Below the pieces are notes generated by a model. The model did no database searches. It was given only the letters and a program-made list of their open reading frames with translations, and had not been told where the DNA came from. Made by a program: the position numbers and the translations under genes. From a virus (taxonomy: Duplodnaviria > Caudoviricetes), in the IMG/VR virus record IMGVR_UViG_3300025610_000042, positions 1-44,163 of that record: 44,163 bases of DNA, one strand, 5' to 3'. This document shows positions 36,893-44,163 of this stretch, one piece after another; the first letter of the stretch is position 1, and every line of letters begins with the position of its first letter.

Positions 36893-37603
36893 TTATCCAT
36901 TTAATGCAAAGAACAACTTGCTAGAATTTAAACTTACTGGTGTAGCAATCTGACTTGTGTAAACTTTTTTAACTTGTAATGCGTCAGCGTCATAAACTAA
37001 AACAAAGTCTGCTGATCCGTCTATAGTTATACCTGTTCCATCATTAGCGCCATTTATATCAACAGAAATTGTAGGATTGGTGTAATCAATTCCATTTCCA
37101 CCAACTAAAGTAGGTGTCGCATTATCTACGTAACTTTTATTTGCTGCGTCTCCATTAGCTGTAGGTGTTGTAAGATTTGTGATTTTATTATTATTAGCGT
37201 TTAAATCTGCTGCTAACTTAGGTGTACCTGCGTCTCCTGAAGCATAACTTACATCTACTACTTGACCTAATGCGTCAAAAATATCTTCAAATACTTGTTG
37301 TACAGGCACCATACGAACTTTTGAGTTTTGTGGATGTGATAAACCTGAAGCTGCTGCAGATCCTGTAAGGTATCTATTATCTGTTGTAGTTGTGTTTAAT
37401 TGTGTAGCTGTAAATGTTCCATCAAAAAATACATACTCTCTTTGTGTAGCACTGTCTGGTTCAATAACTAAATAACATGGACTTGTTAATCCAGATGTAG
37501 AAGCTACTGTTGCTGTAGTATCACTAGCACCAAACGTACTTGACAATGTAGTTTCAAATGCGTTACGTGTAAATGTTTCTGCTGCTTTTCTTGTATCTGC
37601 CAT
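36893..37603 (-). CDS. Short tail fibre/spike protein
   Basis: Ser/Thr-rich; ITNLTTP..DAANKSYVD fibre repeat motif. Confidence 0.65.
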   Translation of the reverse strand: MADTRKAAETFTRNAFETTLSSTFGASDTTATVASTSGLTSPCYLVIEPDSATQREYVFFDGTFTATQLNTTTTDNRYLTGSAAASGLSHPQNSKVRMVPVQQVFEDIFDALGQVVDVSYASGDAGTPKLAADLNANNNKITNLTTPTANGDAANKSYVDNATPTLVGGNGIDYTNPTISVDINGANDGTGITIDGSADFVLVYDADALQVKKVYTSQIATPVSLNSSKLFFALNG

Positions 37604-37628
37604 ATTCTAAATTCTCCTTGTCAGTATA

Positions 37629-39617
37629 TCACACACCATATTGGTGTATTCCTAATCTTCCAATACCAAGTGCGCCTAATGAAGAGATCTCACCAGTACC
37701 TGCTGCTTGTCTCTGACCTCTTACTTGTATTGTACAAAACACCATAGTAGATCCTAACTTAGTAATTTCTTGTACAGGTAACGTAACGTTTTCTACAATA
37801 CCTCTTATAATTTCATCAGGTTTGAATAAAGTTAAAGTAACTGATTTACCTTCTAGTTTTTTTACAGCGTCAAATAATTTCTTACCAATACCAGGTATAT
37901 TTTTTGCACGTTTACCTGGACGCTCTATACGATCAGATACGTTTATAGGTATTCTTGCAATAATATCTTCTGGTTCTGGGAAAGCACGATAACTATAAGA
38001 ATAAACTTCAGGACTAGCTGTTCTACCACTGTCTGCATTAATTGTTAATTTAGCAACTAGCCATCTATTTATAACATTGATCATAGGTATTTCGTTACCA
38101 CTTTGTGATGTCTCAATTCTAGTTAAAGTAGAGTAACTTGAAGCGTTTGGGTTTTCTAATGCGTCAAGTTCTGTACTAAATTCTGCTAACACGCTTGATC
38201 CTGCAGGTATATCGTTAGTATATACACGACCACCAATCCATTGTTTTGCTTGTGATGTATAAAAATCTGCAGCAGGAAGTATTAGATAACCATTACTTAC
38301 TAATGTTGCTGCTTCTTTTATTAAACCAACACCTGTAACTAAAAAGAATAATTTACCATTAGCAACAGCAATACCTTTTACTTTGCCTGATGTACCTGTG
38401 TAATAAATATTTCTAGCGTAACCTAATGTTGGTAAGTAAATAGAATATAGATCAGTTTCACTAGCGCTGTCTATAACACCAAAATATATTTGGTCTCTTG
38501 TATTGAAAAATGCAGTAGGACTTTTATCTACTGTTGTCTCGTTATCTCCAAACTCTTTTATTAATTGTCTTTCATCAAGTGTATACAGCACACCATCTGT
38601 TGCGATAGTTCCTCTATACACTCTTCCTATTCTTCCACCGCCTGCTGATGTTTGTGATGAAGAGAAAAATATAATACCGTTACTCTCTGTCATATCTACA
38701 ATTTCTTCACCTTCTATGTATGTTTGTCCTGCAAGCACTAGACCAGATGTTTGATCATCTTTAATTGCATATATATATCCGTCATCTGCTGCTGCAAGTA
38801 TTACAGATCCACCGTCAATAACAGTTGTCCATAAAGATCCTGAAGGTAAATCTTTTATAAGGGGAGGACTGCTAGTTCCGTCTAGTTCGTGCAAGTGTCC
38901 GTCATCATCAACAGCTAGCAAATAATTTTTTACATTAAATAATCCTGTGTAGAGATGTGATGAATGTAAATTCATATAGTTAGACCAACCACTTGCAATG
39001 TCATCTGCGTCTAATTTTCTTACAATACTATCTGTTCCGTCATTCATAGACACATACAATATATGTCCTTCTAGCGCCATGCCTGTTACATCAAATCCTG
39101 GTCCTGCTAAATATGGATCTGTTTGTGTCCAGGTATCTCCATTATCAGATGAATAATATATGTCATGTCCTTGTGCAACATACAACACATCTTCGTGTGC
39201 AATAATGTGTTGCTCTGTCTCTGTACTTGCTCTTGCAGTTACAGCAGTAGTTTCACTAAGTAACTCTATGCTATATGCTTTACCACTATCATCTGCATTC
39301 TTAAATACATCAATACCTTTGCTATCAAAAAATCTTCTAAAGTCATTGGTGCCTTGTATTCTTTGGTGTGCTTGATCTAAACCTGCGCCACCAGAAAAAT
39401 CAGATCTTGCAAAAGATTGACCAAACTCTGCTCTAAACTCTTCAGGTACTTGTGCTGTGTTAACTTGTTGCGCAGATAGTGGTGCAGTAGTAATAGATAA
39501 TTCTCTACCTGGTGCTACTGCAAGTCTAAGTAAGATGTCTGTAATACCATCAGATATTTGTGCCTGGTAGCCAAAAGCTAACGGATTTGTAACGTTAGAA
39601 GTTGAAGGTAAAGGCAT
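37629..39617 (-). CDS. Tail nozzle/tubular protein B-like
   Basis: 662 aa, beta-propeller-like, SDFSGGAG motif, follows the adaptor gene. Confidence 0.6.
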   Translation of the reverse strand: MPLPSTSNVTNPLAFGYQAQISDGITDILLRLAVAPGRELSITTAPLSAQQVNTAQVPEEFRAEFGQSFARSDFSGGAGLDQAHQRIQGTNDFRRFFDSKGIDVFKNADDSGKAYSIELLSETTAVTARASTETEQHIIAHEDVLYVAQGHDIYYSSDNGDTWTQTDPYLAGPGFDVTGMALEGHILYVSMNDGTDSIVRKLDADDIASGWSNYMNLHSSHLYTGLFNVKNYLLAVDDDGHLHELDGTSSPPLIKDLPSGSLWTTVIDGGSVILAAADDGYIYAIKDDQTSGLVLAGQTYIEGEEIVDMTESNGIIFFSSSQTSAGGGRIGRVYRGTIATDGVLYTLDERQLIKEFGDNETTVDKSPTAFFNTRDQIYFGVIDSASETDLYSIYLPTLGYARNIYYTGTSGKVKGIAVANGKLFFLVTGVGLIKEAATLVSNGYLILPAADFYTSQAKQWIGGRVYTNDIPAGSSVLAEFSTELDALENPNASSYSTLTRIETSQSGNEIPMINVINRWLVAKLTINADSGRTASPEVYSYSYRAFPEPEDIIARIPINVSDRIERPGKRAKNIPGIGKKLFDAVKKLEGKSVTLTLFKPDEIIRGIVENVTLPVQEITKLGSTMVFCTIQVRGQRQAAGTGEISSLGALGIGRLGIHQYGV

Positions 39618-40561
39618 TAGGTAAAGCTGATTCCATATAACTCTACGCCTTGTGGAAAGCGTGATCTCTGTTCTCTTCTTGCTCTATCTAATAATACTCC
39701 GTAGTATCTTAACAATGCGTTACGTAATCTCTCTCCAGATCCTACAGGTATTCCTCTTTGTTCTAAGTTTTCTGTAATGTAATCTTGTGTTGTAGCGTCA
39801 ACATCTAGCTCTGATAGTAACTGTGCTACAGCACCAACCATAACTATTTGCTCATGGAAATCTTCTAATCCAGATACAGAATTTAAATCATCTGTTTCTG
39901 CACTAGGTCTTGTAAATTTTGAAGCATAAACAACATATACAGTTTTACCTGATGTAGGTGCAGTAGGAAATTGTACTGCTGCTTCTGTTGTTGATCCTGC
40001 AAAATCTGTAAGTAACTCTAATGCAACGTCACTGTATACAGTAGTAGAAGATCCAGATGTTGAGTTATCCATTTTTGCTTGTAATATTCTTTGTGTACCT
40101 GCAGGCATTTCTACAAATTGTGTAGATGATGTAGTTATAGATGTTTTCTTTACGGCATATAAGGCAGGATATAAACCTATGACTTGATCACCAATAGCAT
40201 TAGCTACATTTAATCTAGGATATTTAGGTTTTAAAATTATATCTGTATCGTTAGTATGTTCTGCTGCAATAGATCCTAACCTACCACGTTCTACAGTTAT
40301 TTCACGTGATACTGTATTAATGTTTTCAACCATTAAAAGTTCTTGATCTATTTCTAATACAGAACCTGCACCAATAAGCTCTTCTTCTTCTGGTGTAAAG
40401 AGTCCTTCTTTGTACTGTAAAGTTGTGCCGCTTGATGTTAAACCTTGCAAACCACCAGATATACTATCAAGATTAGCAACTTGTGTTAACGGTTCTTGTT
40501 CCTCTACAGGTCTAAGATACTCTCTATAAGTTCTGTCGATAAGTTGACCAAATGTTGACAT
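39617..40561 (-). CDS. Head-tail adaptor/tail tubular protein A-like
   Basis: MSTFGQLIDR start; position between capsid and nozzle. Confidence 0.55.
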   Translation of the reverse strand: MSTFGQLIDRTYREYLRPVEEQEPLTQVANLDSISGGLQGLTSSGTTLQYKEGLFTPEEEELIGAGSVLEIDQELLMVENINTVSREITVERGRLGSIAAEHTNDTDIILKPKYPRLNVANAIGDQVIGLYPALYAVKKTSITTSSTQFVEMPAGTQRILQAKMDNSTSGSSTTVYSDVALELLTDFAGSTTEAAVQFPTAPTSGKTVYVVYASKFTRPSAETDDLNSVSGLEDFHEQIVMVGAVAQLLSELDVDATTQDYITENLEQRGIPVGSGERLRNALLRYYGVLLDRARREQRSRFPQGVELYGISFT

Positions 40562-40569
40562 TGGTCCTC

Positions 40570-40914
40570 CTAAGCAGTTCTAAATAATAATTTAATTTTT
40601 CTGTCAGCAGCTTCTGTTCCGTCAGATGTAACTCTTATATATCCATTGGAAGCAAATGCCCAACCACTAGGATCTATACGTACTACATTACCTGCACTTA
40701 CACTATAAGATACTTCAGTTCCGTCAGTTTCAAATACATCTACCCAACTAGAGTTATCTACTGAATAGTCAAATGTAATTGCTGTTCCTGTCATTGTTGC
40801 AGGAAAAACAACACCACAGAGTAACATATTTTCTACGTTAACACCTACGCTGTTGCTTGCGTCTGCTGAAACATCTATTAAAGCTACTTCGCTTTTACTC
40901 ATTCCGTATGCCAT
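40570..40914 (-). CDS. Small beta-sandwich virion protein
   Basis: 114 aa after capsid terminator; beta-rich. Confidence 0.55.
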   Translation of the reverse strand: MAYGMSKSEVALIDVSADASNSVGVNVENMLLCGVVFPATMTGTAITFDYSVDNSSWVDVFETDGTEVSYSVSAGNVVRIDPSGWAFASNGYIRVTSDGTEAADRKIKLLFRTA

Positions 40915-40932
40915 GATGTCCTTATTTTAACA

Positions 40933-40973
40933 TACTCTAAAGACCGCTAAGGTGGATTAGCGGTCTTAGAGTA
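40933..40973 (-). terminator. Long hairpin after major capsid gene
   Basis: TACTCTA(A)AGACCGCTAA-GGTGGA-TTAGCGGTCTTAGAGTA; weak U tract. Confidence 0.65.
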
Positions 40974-40989
40974 TTAATAATTAGTAGGA

Positions 40990-42036
40990 TTAACCTACTA
41001 CGTTGTCGATTGCACAGTGATATTGTTGTGGTCCGAAATCGAAAGCCATTTCCATATATACTGCTTTTGCAATTCTTGCTTGATCGTTTTGATCTAAGTC
41101 TCTTACAAACATAGTTCCATAACCTGGAATGTTAAGGAATACTGGTTTGACAAAACTAAGGTCAACGATAAATGCTTGCTTAGAACCAGATATAGTTCCT
41201 GCAGGCAAGTAGTCAGATAATGCCATTCCGAGTGAACCGAATGGTGTGACGATTGTATCAATGTCAACACCTCCGACATTTCTGTCTCTTGGTATAATAC
41301 CGTAATTTACGTCTCCAACTGAAGCACTAATTAATTCTTTGTTAAGATCCAACAACATTGTTGGAGAAACAAAAAGCACTGGTTGTCTCATTGGTGCGCC
41401 TGCGTCATACAACGATTTCATAGCGTCAGCTATGATTGCCCAGTTTAATTTTTGTGCTGCAGCAGGATCTCCTCCGTCATCATTGTTGACAGAGTTTCCG
41501 CCTGATAAGTCTTGGTGTTCTTTAAGACCTCTCATCTGACGATTACCTGTAGTACCGTCATTGTAAGAAGCGTTAAATGCTGACCATTCGACTTTCTTTG
41601 CTACTTGCTCTAATACTAATTCCATCTGATAAGCTAACTCATCAGTAATTGGATTGTTACCTGCTAATGCTAATGCAGGATCGGAGTTCTTATAGTTCCC
41701 TGATAATTGAAACGGTACAATTTCTCCAGAAGCTGCTTGTGCAGTATAAGATACTTGCGCTGCTTCATGGAAAATTTGTAGTGTACCCTGTTGTGAACTT
41801 CTGCTTCTTCCAGAATAGTTAGGTGAACCACCTTCATCATCTGGTGTAACAGAAGTCACTACGGCGTTATCTTGTGTTTGGAACTGGAAGAATGTTGAGT
41901 TGATCGCAACTCCTCCGTTAAGTCCGCCTGCAGCAGCTAGCAATGGTGTTCTATGAGGTGTGATTTTAAATAATTCACCAGTAAAGTTATTAACGTCACT
42001 AGCAACTATTGGATTAGCACCTGATATTGCTGCCAT
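40990..42036 (-). CDS. Major capsid protein (DUF5309/SU10-like)
   Basis: TPLL, QIFHEAAQVSYT, ELAYQ, RQMRGL, IVTPFG; follows scaffold and precedes hairpin. Confidence 0.85.
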   Translation of the reverse strand: MAAISGANPIVASDVNNFTGELFKITPHRTPLLAAAGGLNGGVAINSTFFQFQTQDNAVVTSVTPDDEGGSPNYSGRSRSSQQGTLQIFHEAAQVSYTAQAASGEIVPFQLSGNYKNSDPALALAGNNPITDELAYQMELVLEQVAKKVEWSAFNASYNDGTTGNRQMRGLKEHQDLSGGNSVNNDDGGDPAAAQKLNWAIIADAMKSLYDAGAPMRQPVLFVSPTMLLDLNKELISASVGDVNYGIIPRDRNVGGVDIDTIVTPFGSLGMALSDYLPAGTISGSKQAFIVDLSFVKPVFLNIPGYGTMFVRDLDQNDQARIAKAVYMEMAFDFGPQQYHCAIDNVVG

Positions 42037-42068
42037 ATTCTACTATTTCCCTTCTCTCTTACGAGATA

Positions 42069-42515
42069 TTATTTTCTTTTAAGTTCTTCTTGTAAAGCTA
42101 ATTTTGCTCTTAGACTATCTCTAACAGAAGTGTCTCCACTTGCTATAACGTCTTGCATTTTCTGTGTCCAATCTGCAGGTTGTGCAGCTACAGAGTTTTG
42201 TTGTATCTGTGTTAACTTATTGTCACTTTCAGCGATCTTCGCAGCAGCTACTTCGTTGTTCTGCTGTACTTCAGTATCGATATTGTAAGTTTCTTTAAGC
42301 CATTGTCCTAGTTCTGCAGTATCTGGTTTTCCATCATAAAGATCAAAAGCCATCTTACCTGTGCCAGAGTGAGGATCTAATCCAACATCTTTAAATAAAG
42401 AAGTCTTTACAACATTCTTTAATTCTTTATTCTCTTGTTCTACAGATTTAAGTTTTTCTCTTAAACCTTTTATACCTTCGTTGGTTTCTATGCTTTCCAT
42501 TGTTTCGTCTGTCAT
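42069..42515 (-). CDS. Capsid scaffolding protein
   Basis: Coiled-coil, acidic, immediately upstream of capsid. Confidence 0.7.
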   Translation of the reverse strand: MTDETMESIETNEGIKGLREKLKSVEQENKELKNVVKTSLFKDVGLDPHSGTGKMAFDLYDGKPDTAELGQWLKETYNIDTEVQQNNEVAAAKIAESDNKLTQIQQNSVAAQPADWTQKMQDVIASGDTSVRDSLRAKLALQEELKRK

Positions 42516-42739
42516 TGATATTCTCCATTTCTCACACTATTACACTAATCTCCAATAAGGTGTGGATCATATTGGGAGTGATTACAGTATTTGTTTACAT
42601 GCTGAATCGGCGCTGTAATTACGCATACAACACCTCTACGAATTTAATACGTGGCAAGGACGTAGGAACCCTATGCCAGAGTTGTCGATCTATTATTTAC
42701 TTGGCGGATTCTGACCACGCCAATACAAATAGTATAGCA
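42516..42739 (-). promoter_or_regulatory. Extended -10 promoter and about 210-nt structured 5' leader of the scaffold/capsid operon
   Basis: TGC-TATACT at 42739-42731; several hairpins and a possible pseudoknot. Confidence 0.6.
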
Positions 42740-42765
42740 CATAAAATGACTGTTTTAGATTTTTT

Positions 42766-44073
42766 TTATTGTTCGACTAATCCTGTTACGCCTGCTTGTG
42801 TTTGTGCAGCGCCACCTTCACGTGTGAACACTGTAGCTTGCTCTGCTTCTAGTTTTTCACGTACTTGTGCAGCTACTCCTTCACCAAATACTTCTGATTC
42901 AATAAACTCTGATAAACCAAATATATCTTCTCTACCTGTAAATCTTCTAGCAAGTCTTTGTAATCTTGGTAGCTGTGTCTCTGCTCTAGCTGCTAACTGT
43001 TGCGCACCAGTACCAGATAAACCTGCACTAACTAATCGTTGTGCTTGTTGTGCTGATACTGCAAAGTCTTCTTCTTTAAATGCACCACCAATCTGTGATA
43101 CTTTGACTCTTTGTGAAATAATATCTGCTGATACATCTTCTGATATAAAGCTAGCAAATATAGCTTCATCAGATATGTCATCAGTTGTAGGAAACTGTCC
43201 AGGATAGTTCTCTACATAGTATTGTTTTACTGCGTCAAACTGATTAAACAGTGATGTATATGCAGTATCTAATCTTGTACCAAATGTTTGTGGATCAACA
43301 TCATTTTCAAACAATTGTGTAATCTTGTCTTCAAAGTAACTAGGATTTAAATTGTAATCTTCTAATGCGTTAAAGTAATCTTCCTTCATCTTAATGTAAT
43401 CTAGTTCTGGTGTCTCTGTAGAAAATCTAAGTGTTGTACCATCTTCTCTAAATATTCCAGGAAACTTATCTTTGTATGCTTGTGTACCTCTCATTGTACG
43501 CAATGCTTCATCTACGTCACCACCATTAGAATTGTATTCACCTATAAATGTTTCAAGTAACTCTTCACCTAAATAGCTGTAGTTAGATTGTGCAAACTCT
43601 CTAGCATTAAATCTTTCTTGTGGATCTCCTGGAACTGGTGCAGGAGGTGGAGGATCTGATACACCTGGATCACTTGGACCTAAATCTATTTCATCAGTAG
43701 TTCCATCATTATAAATTATTTGTAGTACAAGTCTTCCATTTTTTATAATTGTTGATCTTGATGTTTCTTTTTTACCTGGTTCACGATCTGGTTCAGGAAC
43801 TATAACAGTGTCATCAACACCTGTATCACCTTCGCCACCGCCGCCGCCTGCTGCTGCAGCTGCTGCTATTGCGCCTAGTTTTGCTTGTTGTTCTTTAGCT
43901 GCAATAACTGAAGGATCTTGTGCTGCTGCTGCACGTAATGCTTCAAAGTCTGTATCTACCGATAGTTCTTCTATAACTCTTTTAGGTTCTGGTTCTGGAG
44001 TACTTGTAGGTGGACTTCCATAAATACCATCTATTCTTGGTCCTAATTGCATAATTCTAGCTAGTATGCTCAT
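42766..44073 (-). CDS. 435-aa putative internal virion protein with low-complexity variable N-terminus
   Basis: Last gene of the portal-to-scaffold block; ATGA overlap with the 410-aa gene. Confidence 0.65.
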   Translation of the reverse strand: MSILARIMQLGPRIDGIYGSPPTSTPEPEPKRVIEELSVDTDFEALRAAAAQDPSVIAAKEQQAKLGAIAAAAAAGGGGGEGDTGVDDTVIVPEPDREPGKKETSRSTIIKNGRLVLQIIYNDGTTDEIDLGPSDPGVSDPPPPAPVPGDPQERFNAREFAQSNYSYLGEELLETFIGEYNSNGGDVDEALRTMRGTQAYKDKFPGIFREDGTTLRFSTETPELDYIKMKEDYFNALEDYNLNPSYFEDKITQLFENDVDPQTFGTRLDTAYTSLFNQFDAVKQYYVENYPGQFPTTDDISDEAIFASFISEDVSADIISQRVKVSQIGGAFKEEDFAVSAQQAQRLVSAGLSGTGAQQLAARAETQLPRLQRLARRFTGREDIFGLSEFIESEVFGEGVAAQVREKLEAEQATVFTREGGAAQTQAGVTGLVEQ

Positions 44074-44163
44074 AACCCAAACCTTCCTCCGCCAGTTGAT
44101 CTAGCGCCTGCTTTACCAAATACTCTCTCCATGTCTGATTTAAATTGATCTCTATATGTTTGT
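43443..44163. repeat. Imperfect terminal direct repeat, right copy
   Basis: Aligns to 1-739. Confidence 0.95.

Noticed and set aside
42630-42690. HDV-like/theta ribozyme suggested by TTCCTACGT loop
   Set aside because: The P1-P2-P3 nested double-pseudoknot order could not be built
1-44163. Alternative genetic code or stop-codon recoding
   Set aside because: The standard code gives dense, long, tightly coupled ORFs, with all three stop codons used

Overview
The window is an apparently complete, circularly permuted, AT-rich tailed dsDNA phage genome with a unit length of about 43.44 kb. Bases 1-739 recur at 43443-44163 as a partly diverged second allele. Nearly all genes are on the minus strand. 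The order is: terminase, portal, a block of large presumed internal/ejection proteins (one with Nudix and ADP-ribosyltransferase-like motifs, one lytic transglycosylase), scaffold, major capsid, short-tail genes, four small tandem paralogs, an AT-rich island (halogenase-like, methyltransferase-like), a lysis/membrane module, a metallophosphoesterase, then early genes (ssDNA-annealing protein, resolvase, sliding-clamp-like protein, ArdA). I recognise no polymerase, primase, helicase or integrase. A low-GC aquatic actinobacterial host is inferred from gene content and leaderless genes but is not proven. The most striking signals are non-coding: (1) a 77-nt tmRNA-like tRNA domain with alanine identity and no mRNA domain; (2) two divergent small RNAs carrying anti-Shine-Dalgarno sequences, one matching the start regions of several early genes; (3) a pseudoknotted leader before the scaffold/capsid operon; (4) apparent complete avoidance of GCATC. 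All protein calls come from by-eye motif recognition, with no database searches.
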